64,000 nucleotides of DNA from an uncultured Bacteroidales bacterium (GTDB taxonomy: Bacteria; Bacteroidota; Bacteroidia; Bacteroidales; UBA10428), in the NCBI GenBank assembly GCA_963748095.1, contig CAVVIO010000012.1:23237-87236 (forward strand), written 5' to 3'. The position numbers were made by a program, and so were the translations under genes. This document shows positions 10,138 to 18,917 of this stretch, piece by piece. How positions within the stretch are numbered: the first letter of the stretch is position 1; every line of letters begins with the position of its first letter. The notes beneath the pieces are model-generated. The model saw only the letters and a program-made list of their open reading frames with translations, was not told where the DNA came from and did no database searches.

Positions 10138-11316
10138 ATGAGAAGTTGGTTTTGGGATGCGATTATTTATCAGATATTTATTGACAGGTTTGCCGGATTT
10201 CCGGATATTACAGGTTGGGAAAAGCCGAAATTCCTGGGCGGAAATCTAAAAGGGATTATCGAAAAACTGGATTACCTGTCCGATTTAGGTATTACCACAT
10301 TATGGTTGTCTCCTTTCTGCCAGACCAGCGCATACCATGGTTATCATATAACCGATTTTTACAAGGTAGACCCGAATTTTGGTACTGAAGAAGATTTAAA
10401 AGAACTCATCACCAGTGCACATTCAAAAAACATGCGGATTATTACCGATTTTGTACCGAATCATTGTTCTGCCTATCATCCCATATTCCAGAAAGCTCAA
10501 AAAGATAAGAACAGTCCATTTTATAACTGGTTCTATTTTAAGAAATGGCCGGACGATTATTTATGTTTTCTGGATTTTAAAATTCTTCCAAAATTTAACC
10601 TGGACAATAAACAGGTAAGCCAACATTTAATAGATTCGGCAAAACACTGGTTGTCGATGGGTATTGATGGATTCAGAATTGACCACGCTATTGGCCTGCC
10701 TCACGCTTTTCTGAAAATATTCAACAAAGAAGTAAAAGCTGTAAATCCCGAAGCGGTTTTAATCGGGGAAGCCTGGATAGCCGGAATGAGTTTTAGAAAC
10801 CTGAAAACTATCCGGATAAAAAACAAATACCTGCGATGGCTCACCGGGATAAGGCAGGAATCGGTAGAAAAAGAATATTACGGGGAACTGGACGGTGTAC
10901 TCGACTTTTATTTTCGCGACCGGATTATCGAATACATTGCCTGGAAAGAAAAACCGGAAGATTATACAGCAGTAATTCATGAGAAACTGCTGCATCATTA
11001 CCGGAATTTTCCGGATGATTACCTGTTGCCCAATTTTATTGACAACCACGATATGAGCCGGTTTTTATTTGAGTGCGGTCAAAATCGCGAAAAGTTAAAA
11101 ATGGCACTCGAATTACAGTTCAGTCTCTCCCAGCCACCAGTAATTTATTATGGAACCGAAACCGGTTTGTCGCACCATAAACCGGTATTAGTAAATGAAG
11201 GTTTTTCAGATATACAGGCGCGCCGTCCAATGCCCTGGCAACGAATCGACAAGGATATGCTGGAATTTACCCGGGCACTTATAAAAAAAAGGAAATCGGG
11301 AAAGGGGAAAATATAA
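10138..11316 (+). CDS. GH13 alpha-amylase family glycoside hydrolase (cytoplasmic, neopullulanase/cyclomaltodextrinase-like core)
   Basis: GH13 conserved regions are present: DFVPNH, GFRIDHA, GEAW, FIDNHD. There is no signal peptide. Confidence 0.8.
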   Translation: MRSWFWDAIIYQIFIDRFAGFPDITGWEKPKFLGGNLKGIIEKLDYLSDLGITTLWLSPFCQTSAYHGYHITDFYKVDPNFGTEEDLKELITSAHSKNMRIITDFVPNHCSAYHPIFQKAQKDKNSPFYNWFYFKKWPDDYLCFLDFKILPKFNLDNKQVSQHLIDSAKHWLSMGIDGFRIDHAIGLPHAFLKIFNKEVKAVNPEAVLIGEAWIAGMSFRNLKTIRIKNKYLRWLTGIRQESVEKEYYGELDGVLDFYFRDRIIEYIAWKEKPEDYTAVIHEKLLHHYRNFPDDYLLPNFIDNHDMSRFLFECGQNREKLKMALELQFSLSQPPVIYYGTETGLSHHKPVLVNEGFSDIQARRPMPWQRIDKDMLEFTRALIKKRKSGKGKI

Positions 11317-11340
11317 AACAAAGAATGTGAAGTTGCGATA

Positions 11341-12144
11341 TCACTTCCCCATCATTTTATTTTTCATTATATTCATATCCTGTTTCAGGTTGGCAACTGT
11401 TTTCATCAGTTCATCCCTGGGAATCATTGGATCGGGAATTTCAGAACTGATATAATGAATGAACTTCCATACTTCTTTCACTTCATTCACAGGCACATCA
11501 AAAGGTTCGTACAACGGATTCAGTGAATATAAACGCAGTTTCTTTTCCTGCTCTATCAGGTTTTCCACAATTTTAAAAACAATACCTTCGTCAAGGGTGA
11601 AAACCACATATGCATGGCCGGTTATAAGTGTATTCCAGTCCTGCACATATTCTCCGGTAACCCACGCACCATGAGGAATAGGTAACATAGAATCACCACT
11701 TAGCTGAAAAGTACGATACTTTTTCTGTCGTGATAAAAAAGGCAGCTTAAACGATGGCAGTTCTTTAATGTATTCGGGATCGGCAAAACCGGTGGCATAA
11801 CCTGCTTTGGCTTTTTCAGGTACCAATTCGATGTTATCTTCATTATTATTATCGACAGTGGAGGTTAACACCCGCAGGTTACTTCCTTTTACATATACAT
11901 CACCTCCCATTTCGAGCTGAGTAAGCTGACTTGCTGTAAGAGTCTGTAAATCTACTTTAACCAGCGTATCTATAGAAATACCAAAATATTTCGAAAAAGT
12001 AAATAATGCCTGGACGGTTGGCTGACTTACCTGGTTTTCGTACCCGCTAAGGGTGGAACGTTTCATCTCCAGGGCATTTGCCACTTCATCCTGGGTAAGA
12101 TTCTTACGCTTCCGTAATAATTTAATATTGGTAGAGAAATACAT
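11341..12144 (-). CDS. XRE-family HTH regulator fused to an S24 (LexA/CI-like) peptidase domain
   Basis: The N-terminal HTH_XRE is LRKRKNLTQDEVANALEMKRSTLSGYE. The C-terminal LSGDSMLP carries the S24 catalytic Ser, and a Lys-containing region lies downstream. Confidence 0.85.
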   Translation of the reverse strand: MYFSTNIKLLRKRKNLTQDEVANALEMKRSTLSGYENQVSQPTVQALFTFSKYFGISIDTLVKVDLQTLTASQLTQLEMGGDVYVKGSNLRVLTSTVDNNNEDNIELVPEKAKAGYATGFADPEYIKELPSFKLPFLSRQKKYRTFQLSGDSMLPIPHGAWVTGEYVQDWNTLITGHAYVVFTLDEGIVFKIVENLIEQEKKLRLYSLNPLYEPFDVPVNEVKEVWKFIHYISSEIPDPMIPRDELMKTVANLKQDMNIMKNKMMGK

Positions 12145-12199
12145 GGTCTGGTATTATTGTGGGTTAATATTATAAAAGATTAATATTTAATCTTATTAA

Positions 12200-12216
12200 T
12201 GATTATTAAATAATCA
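12200..12216. promoter_or_regulatory. perfect 17-bp palindrome, candidate operator overlapping the XRE-S24 gene promoter
   Basis: The sequence is TGATTATTAAATAATCA (7-3-7 inverted repeat). On the minus strand it abuts a TAAATTTG -7 box (12215-12222), 56-72 nt upstream of the ATG at 12144. Confidence 0.4.
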
Positions 12217-12504
12217 AATTTATACAAAAAATTCGAAAACACAACATTTAATTATAATGATTAGATAATAAATTTTTCACCTGTTAAATCTTCCGGCAGT
12301 TCCTATATCCAACTTCTATAAATGTTTGTTCATATCTGATAAATCTACAAAACACCAGTGATATATCACTGATTGACGTATTCAAATAAGCAGCGAATAG
12401 AATATTGAATTTTCCAATCCAATATCATTCGGTAATGACTGAATCGGGGTAAAATTAATTAAAGACCTAAAAAATGTAATTTCTGTTAAAGAAACCAAAC
12501 GCGA

Positions 12505-13407
12505 TTATTCATTTTCCTTCTTCGACAAATCCATAACACAGGTATAATTTTTCCATGATCGTTTATCCAGGGAATGTAAGTTGGAAAATTTATCAGGGTT
12601 CAATTTTCGTAAAGCGGATCTCTTTGCCTGTTTCATAGGAAATAACTGTATGGCAATACCTTTCATGTTTTTATCATCATCAATCCAGGTGGTCGCGAAA
12701 TAATACATTTTTAATTTCAGGTACCCGTAATACGGATCGACAAGATGAAAATATTCATTTTTATGGGCATAAAGTACAGTCATGTGATTTGGCATATAGA
12801 GTATAACGGGAAACTGGATTTCCTGGTAAAGCTGTTGCATATCCGCTTTCACTACCTTCACATCAAACCCTATTTTTTCAGCAATATAAGCCAGATCGTC
12901 CACACTCATTGAATTCAGATCACTTTCAGCGGGAGCAAACCTTTGAAGTTTTTTATAGGATATTTTCTTACCGTAATAATATTTATGCATCATTTGCAGG
13001 CAAACCATCCCTGGCTGAAATCCTTTTTTCTGCCTGTAATACGGAAAAGAGGAAAAAAGCGCTTTTCTGGATGTAAGTCTTATAATGACAAATAGTAATA
13101 CCGCGATCAAAAAACCCAGAATGAAAATAATCCGCCTCTCTCTGAAATTCATCCGTTCCATCTGATCCATCTGCAAACGGTACAGGTAGAGCATAATATT
13201 ATACCCTCTTTCTATTGAATCAGTATTGAACATGGAAGTACTGGTATCAATAGTTGTAATTGTATCGCTATTCAAAATATTATCAGCTGCCGATAAACGG
13301 GTATTTTCTGTAAGCTGATTTCCCCATATATTATTCATAGCACATAAGAGGGCTATGCACAGTACACAATATTTCATGTAAAAGGTTTGGTTAACAATCT
13401 TCCGCAT
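12505..13407 (-). CDS. membrane protein with a C-terminal papain-like C39-type cysteine peptidase domain
   Basis: It has a signal-like N-terminus (MKYCVLCIALLCAM; probable start at 13377) and one TM helix (IIFILGFLIAVLLFVII). These are followed by Q..GMVC (Gln/Cys) and NHMTVLY...VDP (His/Asp) motifs spaced as in bacteriocin-processing C39 domains. Confidence 0.55.
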   Translation of the reverse strand: MRKIVNQTFYMKYCVLCIALLCAMNNIWGNQLTENTRLSAADNILNSDTITTIDTSTSMFNTDSIERGYNIMLYLYRLQMDQMERMNFRERRIIFILGFLIAVLLFVIIRLTSRKALFSSFPYYRQKKGFQPGMVCLQMMHKYYYGKKISYKKLQRFAPAESDLNSMSVDDLAYIAEKIGFDVKVVKADMQQLYQEIQFPVILYMPNHMTVLYAHKNEYFHLVDPYYGYLKLKMYYFATTWIDDDKNMKGIAIQLFPMKQAKRSALRKLNPDKFSNLHSLDKRSWKNYTCVMDLSKKENE

Positions 13408-13622
13408 TACATTTCAAATATAAAGGTGAATTTTTAATTTTTGTTCATAATCACAGATAATTTTAATAATTTTTGATGTAATTAACTGAAATAGTGGTTA
13501 ATGATTGTCAGAATAGCTTGCTGTTCAGAATCGACAGATAATTATATTTTAATTTTCACAAAAATAATATTCTGAAAAATCAATATTATTAAGAAATAAT
13601 GATTATATTGCAATCGTTTTAA

Positions 13623-13639
13623 TGATTATAATATAATCA
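13623..13639. promoter_or_regulatory. second perfect 17-bp palindrome with the same half-sites, candidate operator
   Basis: TGATTATAATATAATCA lies 8 nt upstream of the ATG at 13647, in the divergent region shared with the C39-like gene. Confidence 0.4.
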
Positions 13640-13646
13640 CATAGCT

Positions 13647-13832
13647 ATGAATGCAAAAATTTATTTTTCAAAACAGGGAAAAGGATGGTCGGAAGTAGAA
13701 ATACCATCGGTCTTAAAAAATTCTTCTGACGATGAATTAAAAAAATGGGCTTACAAAATAATGGATAGTAGTAATTATAAAAGTTATCTTATCTCTGAAA
13801 ATCCAAACCCCTATCCTATTTATAGTAAATAA
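13647..13832 (+). CDS. small hypothetical protein (61 aa)
   Basis: This is an ORF only, with no recognisable motif. It is supported mainly by its position directly behind the palindrome. Confidence 0.3.
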   Translation: MNAKIYFSKQGKGWSEVEIPSVLKNSSDDELKKWAYKIMDSSNYKSYLISENPNPYPIYSK

Positions 13833-14042
13833 CTGGTAATGTAATAATTACCTGATTAACCGGAATGTCAGAATATGAACATTCAGGTTATCATTAATTG
13901 CTGTTTTTTCGATATTTGTTCCTGCGAAATTCAATCACCTCTGTTAATTCTGTTAAGAGGTATTACAATTATTCTGAAAGTATTAATATTCAATACACTG
14001 CAACAAAATTCTACTTGTTATCGTTAAAAAGACGATAAACAA

Positions 14043-15062
14043 TTGTTTACCAAACCATTCATCATGAAAAAATCAATATATACATTATTATTAATGGTTG
14101 TATCATTATTACTTTTTACTGCTTGCGAAAAAAGTAAGGAAACCGATCCTGGAACTGAGACTCCTCCAGTTACCGGAGATTCAACTATTGCCAGTTATGC
14201 AGTAGCAAAAGAAAGTGTGTTAAGGGCAATTCCGCAGGAATATATCAATCAGGCCCGTAATACGCTTCATATCGCCTATCAGCATACATCACACGGCACT
14301 CATGTTGCCTATGGCTTATTCGGCCTTCCCGATTATAAAGCCGGGGACGATGTTCTTTTCGGAATTACCAATAACTCGCCCCAGACTGGTAAACTGGATT
14401 TCAGGGATTATGCCATGTCAGATTATTCAGCCGAAGGTGAAAGTGCTGTAGATTTAAGTGCCAATGAAACAGCTTTTGTCCAGGCAACCAGGAATTACCT
14501 TGATGATCCCGAAAATGCGGAAATCAATGTAATCATGTGGTCGTGGTGCAGTATTGCCGGACATGCGGTTGCTACAAATTATTTACCGGGTATGAAAATC
14601 CTGATCGATGAATACAGCATAGGTGGTACTAAGATCGGAACGGGTGCCGGCCAGCGGGAAATCCCGGTTACATTTATTTTAATGACCGGACACGCAGAAC
14701 CTGACAATAATGTTGGTGACGGCAAACCAAAAAACCAGGCAGATCTGATAATTAATTTCAGTGTTGAAAATCATCTGTTTTGTCTTGACTATTATGGGAT
14801 TGATACACATGATATGAATGATACCTACTGGGAAGATACCGGTGATAACGGAAATTCGACGGCATACGGTGGAAATTTTTACAGCGACTGGCAAAATGCA
14901 CACGCAGCAGGTACAGATTATTTTGAAAACAAATCAGCACCGGGAGGCAGCGTTACATTCGGCGCACACAATTCACAGCATATTACTGCCAACCGTAAAG
15001 CATATGCCATGTGGTGGATACTGGCCCGGATAGCCGGTTGGAACGGGGAATTAAGCAGCTAA
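14043..15062 (+). CDS. hypothetical lipoprotein
   Basis: Signal peptide and lipobox (LLLFTAC-EKS). The likely start is the Met at 14064. I did not recognise a family. Confidence 0.5.
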   Translation: MFTKPFIMKKSIYTLLLMVVSLLLFTACEKSKETDPGTETPPVTGDSTIASYAVAKESVLRAIPQEYINQARNTLHIAYQHTSHGTHVAYGLFGLPDYKAGDDVLFGITNNSPQTGKLDFRDYAMSDYSAEGESAVDLSANETAFVQATRNYLDDPENAEINVIMWSWCSIAGHAVATNYLPGMKILIDEYSIGGTKIGTGAGQREIPVTFILMTGHAEPDNNVGDGKPKNQADLIINFSVENHLFCLDYYGIDTHDMNDTYWEDTGDNGNSTAYGGNFYSDWQNAHAAGTDYFENKSAPGGSVTFGAHNSQHITANRKAYAMWWILARIAGWNGELSS

Positions 15063-15138
15063 CAAATTGTAACTGTTAATGATGATAAAGCTGATTATTA
15101 AAATAGATCTAATTATAGAAAATCTTAATAAAATCAAA

Positions 15139-15606
15139 ATGAAACTCACTTTTTTTCTTTTATTGTTCGTATCGGTTCCCCTGTTTTCACAGGAGTCCGG
15201 TTGTATTTCAGGAAATTGTGAAAACGACAATGGGGTGTACGTTTATACAAACGGTTTTAAATACGAAGGGCAGTTTGTGAACAGCCTGCGCGAAGGACGT
15301 GGTAAGCTTATCACACCCGAGGGAGAATCTTACGATGGAATGTGGGCCAAAGATGCATTTGATGGCCAGGGAACCTACATCTGGTCGAGCGGGGCCAAAT
15401 ATATCGGGGAATGGAAAAATGGGATCCGCAATGGCTATGGTATTTATTTTTATGCCAATGGAGATAAATATACCGGATATTTCAAAAATAACATGTTCAA
15501 TGGTAAAGGCAAATACATCTGGGCGAATGGTTCTGTGCAGGAAGGTTATTTTATAAACGGACAGTATGCCGGAGAAACCGGGGATAATACTTCATCGCCG
15601 AAATAA
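15139..15606 (+). CDS. secreted MORN-repeat protein
   Basis: The signal peptide MKLTFFLLLFVSVPLFSQ is followed by about 5 tandem YxGxWxxGxxxGxG MORN-type repeats. The ORF-track start at 15079 is probably too far upstream. Confidence 0.7.
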   Translation: MKLTFFLLLFVSVPLFSQESGCISGNCENDNGVYVYTNGFKYEGQFVNSLREGRGKLITPEGESYDGMWAKDAFDGQGTYIWSSGAKYIGEWKNGIRNGYGIYFYANGDKYTGYFKNNMFNGKGKYIWANGSVQEGYFINGQYAGETGDNTSSPK

Positions 15607-15622
15607 TATATTCTGTTAAAAT

Positions 15623-15648
15623 AAAAAAAAGGGCTGTTGTGCCCTTTT
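15623..15648. terminator. bidirectional hairpin terminator between the MORN gene and tRNA-Lys
   Basis: AAAAAAAAGGGC-tgttgt-GCCCTTTT. The A and T runs flank the stem on both sides. Confidence 0.55.
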
Positions 15649-15649
15649 G

Positions 15650-15722
15650 TCGGTTCGGAGGGGATCGAACCCTCGACCCCATGATTAAGAGTCACGTGCT
15701 CTACCAACTGAGCTACGAACCG
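15650..15722 (-). tRNA. tRNA-Lys (anticodon CTT)
   Basis: A manual cloverleaf fold fits: acceptor CGGTTCG/CGAACCG, D arm GCTC-AGTTGGTA-GAGC, anticodon arm CGTGA-CTCTTAA-TCATG, T arm GAGGG-TTCGATC-CCCTC, discriminator A. It is 73 nt and no CCA is encoded. Confidence 0.9.
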
Positions 15723-15733
15723 TTTTGCCTGTG

Positions 15734-15741
15734 CAAAAATA
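15734..15741 (-). promoter_or_regulatory. -7 promoter box (TATTTTTG) for tRNA-Lys
   Basis: On the minus strand TATTTTTG ends 12 nt before the tRNA 5' end. Confidence 0.45.
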
Positions 15742-15983
15742 GAAATTTTTTAGAAAATAGAGCATAATTCTATTCTTGCTTAAAGATTAATTTTCAATCT
15801 TACGTTTTAAATTAAAAATTGTATACTTTCAGCAAGTAGTCAGATAGATTGAAATCAACTGGCTTCTGATTTTATATTGCAATATTTCCGGTATGGTATC
15901 AGTTAGTTTATTAATTTTATGCTTTTTTTATTATACATAATATATATTGATATACAGCTTCCTGAAGCCTCTACCCCTGTAAA

Positions 15984-17177
15984 ATGAAAAAATTAATTGG
16001 AAGTTTATTGATAATGCTTGCTTTTACTTGTAGTCCTCAGGTAAAAGCTGCAAAATTATCGGATAACGCGAAAGTCTACATACTTACTGTTTTGCCTGGT
16101 AACGAAATTTATACGGTTTTTGGCCATAGTGCCATACGGGTAAATGATCCGGTAAACGGAATCGACCGAGTATACAATTACGGCACTTTCGATTTCGACA
16201 CTCCTTTTTTTTATTTGAAGTTCATAAAGGGAAACCTCATTTACCAGTTAGACTGGTCAGAATACGAACAGGAACAGGCACAATGGCCTTATGAACAACG
16301 AACGGTTTACGAACAGCAGCTGAATATCAGTCAAAAGGAAAAACAAAATATTTACGATAACCTGGAAAATACATTCCATTCAAAAGCACGTTATTACAGG
16401 TATGATTTTTTCTTTGATAATTGTGCTACCAGAATAAGAGATATCGTTGAAAAATCGCTGGAGGGTAAATTAATATACGACACTACAGGATTTTACGGAA
16501 AATCCTTCCGGGAACTCATACGTCCCTATATCAGACAGAACTATTGGCTGGATGCGGGTATTAATACTGCACTCGGTTTGAAAACCGACCGGACTGCCGA
16601 TACAAAGGAATACATGTTCCTGCCTGAGTTTATCATGCAAATATATGCGAATGCCCGCCTGACAGAACATGGCGATACAGTAAAGTTTACTTCAACACCA
16701 AAAATAATTTTTAAAGGAAGTATCAAACCCGGTACTGAAAAGGGCCATGGTCAGTATATTCCCTGGTTGATTTTTGTATTTCTCTTTCTGCTGACATTTT
16801 ATGAAATCTTCCGGAAAAAATTTTATCGGTTTCCTGATGCTATAATTCTCTTCATATATGGATTAACAGGATCGGTTTTATTAATCTTCTGGTTGTATTC
16901 ACTTCATGCAGTATTGCATAATAATTTTAACCTTATATGGTTATTCCCGTTGAATTTACCTGCAGCATTTATGTTATGGAAAAATAAGTGGGCGAAGTTG
17001 ATTTATTATTATTCGATAATTGTCGCAACCAGTATTTTTCTTTTACTGATTCTCCAGCCTTTCATACCTCAAAAGTTAGTTATTGAACTTTTACCACTGG
17101 TGCTGATCGTTTTCATTTCATTGGTAAGAAATATTCTACATTATTTGTTCAGAAAAATAAATAATTCCGAAATATAA
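15984..17177 (+). CDS. DUF4105-type (Lnb N-terminal domain) membrane protein
   Basis: A signal peptide is followed by YILTVLPGNEIYTVFGHSAIRVND, typical of DUF4105. The C-terminal part has about 5 TM helices. Confidence 0.65.
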   Translation: MKKLIGSLLIMLAFTCSPQVKAAKLSDNAKVYILTVLPGNEIYTVFGHSAIRVNDPVNGIDRVYNYGTFDFDTPFFYLKFIKGNLIYQLDWSEYEQEQAQWPYEQRTVYEQQLNISQKEKQNIYDNLENTFHSKARYYRYDFFFDNCATRIRDIVEKSLEGKLIYDTTGFYGKSFRELIRPYIRQNYWLDAGINTALGLKTDRTADTKEYMFLPEFIMQIYANARLTEHGDTVKFTSTPKIIFKGSIKPGTEKGHGQYIPWLIFVFLFLLTFYEIFRKKFYRFPDAIILFIYGLTGSVLLIFWLYSLHAVLHNNFNLIWLFPLNLPAAFMLWKNKWAKLIYYYSIIVATSIFLLLILQPFIPQKLVIELLPLVLIVFISLVRNILHYLFRKINNSEI

Positions 17178-17484
17178 AATTTCTACTCGCTACAGGACAT
17201 GCATCAAAATATTCCGTAACTTTATTTTTCACTAGAAACTATATTCAAATAAGTTACATTTCTGCAATTCATAATAAGTAAAAATGTACAGGGATAAAAT
17301 CTTTAAGAGATTTAATGTTGTTGCGTTATTGATAGTATTCAATGCAATTATTCTTTCTTCGTGTATGTCACAAACCGATAAAAACAAAACCATGTCTAAC
17401 CATAGATGAGAAACTTCAAAATCGTGAACCGGTGGTTGCCGGGGCAATTTTATCCGGCAACCGAAAGTGCACTGAAAGTCCGAT

Positions 17485-18861
17485 ATGGAGCAGTTATTTT
17501 CAGAGGTAAAATCTGATAAAGCAATAACCTCAGAGCACATCGATCGTGATAAAGTACTGGCAGTGATCTCGCCTCATGCCGGTTATGTCTTTTCCGGACG
17601 TATGGCAGCAACCAGTTTCAGCCAGATCGATCCAGACAAGCAGTACAATACTATTTTTGTAATCGGATCGAGCCACCGGATTACATTTAACGGTGCTTCC
17701 GTATATAATAAAGGGAATTACCTCACTCCTCTTGGAGAGGTAAAAGTCGACCGAACTATTGCCAATTTGCTGATCGACGATTACAAATTTTTCACATTCC
17801 ATCCCGATGCACATGACGGGGAACACAGCCTGGAAGTTCAGTTGCCTTTTTTGCAATATATTTTAAAAAAAGATTTCAAAATAGTCCCCATTGTTTTGGG
17901 AACTCAGGATGAAGGTACCTGCAAAAAAATCGCCGAAGCCCTGAAACCTTACTTTAATGAAGACAACCTGTTTGTTATCAGTACCGACTTCTCACATTAT
18001 CCGAAATACGATGACGCGGTAAAAGTTGACCAGCAAACAGCCGATGCGATAATGACCAATAACCCTGTTAAGTTCATTAATACGCTTGACAGGAACAGAG
18101 ATATGAACATTCCCAACCTGCTTACCAGTATATGTGGGTGGACATCAGCACTTACACTGTTGTATATCACGCAAGACATGCCGGATATCCGGTATATTCA
18201 TGAAGCCTACCAGAATTCGGGCGATTCCAAAACTTACGGAGACAAATCAAGAGTGGTAGGATATCAGTCAATAGTTGTTATAAAGGAAACGTCTGAAGAA
18301 AAAAAGGAGTTTGGATTAAGCAGGCAGGATAAAAATGATTTGCTCAGCTTAGCCCGCAATACGATTGAATCGTATGTAAAAACAAATAAAAAACCAGGTA
18401 TTGATACAGAAAATTTTTCACCTTCCTTATTAACACCGGCAGGGGCATTTGTTACATTGCGTAAAAAAGGAAAACTCAGAGGATGCATCGGCAGTTTCAA
18501 TCCGGATATACCACTTTATAAAGTCGTACAGGAAATGGCTGTTTCTGCTGCTTCCAAAGATTATCGTTTCAGTCCGGTTACACCCGATGAGCTTGACAAG
18601 ATAGATATTGAAATATCGGTTTTAACACCACTAAAGAAAATTAATTCGACAGATGAAATTAAACTGGGCAGGGATGGTATCTATCTAAAAAAGGGATACC
18701 ATTCCGGCACCTTTCTTCCACAAGTAGCTACTGAAACCGGATGGAACCTGGAAGAATTCCTTGGACATTGTGCTCGTGATAAAGCAGGTATCGGCTGGGA
18801 CGGATGGACTGATGCCGATATTTATACTTATGAAGCCCTTATTTTTTCGGAAAAGGAATAA
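17485..18861 (+). CDS. fused Memo-like (AmmeMemoRadiSam protein B) and AMMECR1 (protein A) protein. The N-terminus is encoded upstream in other frames (17284-17484).
   Basis: The Memo part has SPHAGYVFSG, GSSHR, EHSLEVQLPFLQ. The AMMECR1 part has GAFVTLRKKGKLRGCIGS and GTFLPQV. The conserved GQFYP Memo start motif lies at 17442-17456 in a different frame. Confidence 0.8.
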   Translation: MEQLFSEVKSDKAITSEHIDRDKVLAVISPHAGYVFSGRMAATSFSQIDPDKQYNTIFVIGSSHRITFNGASVYNKGNYLTPLGEVKVDRTIANLLIDDYKFFTFHPDAHDGEHSLEVQLPFLQYILKKDFKIVPIVLGTQDEGTCKKIAEALKPYFNEDNLFVISTDFSHYPKYDDAVKVDQQTADAIMTNNPVKFINTLDRNRDMNIPNLLTSICGWTSALTLLYITQDMPDIRYIHEAYQNSGDSKTYGDKSRVVGYQSIVVIKETSEEKKEFGLSRQDKNDLLSLARNTIESYVKTNKKPGIDTENFSPSLLTPAGAFVTLRKKGKLRGCIGSFNPDIPLYKVVQEMAVSAASKDYRFSPVTPDELDKIDIEISVLTPLKKINSTDEIKLGRDGIYLKKGYHSGTFLPQVATETGWNLEEFLGHCARDKAGIGWDGWTDADIYTYEALIFSEKE

Positions 18862-18917
18862 CCAATTGCTTTGCTGAAACGAGAACCGGAAGTTATAAAT
18901 TTACAGATATTCTTATT

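Noticed and set aside
11341-15722. Genomic island integrated at tRNA-Lys (an XRE-S24 repressor and small unknown genes lie next to a tRNA)
   Set aside because: I saw no integrase, excisionase, phage or transfer genes, and I noticed no direct repeat of the tRNA 3' end. The flanking genes look like ordinary chromosomal lipoprotein and MORN genes.
17232-17540. 102-aa minus-strand ORF upstream of the Memo-AMMECR1 gene
   Set aside because: It overlaps the plus-strand signal peptide and Memo N-terminal coding segments and has no recognisable features.
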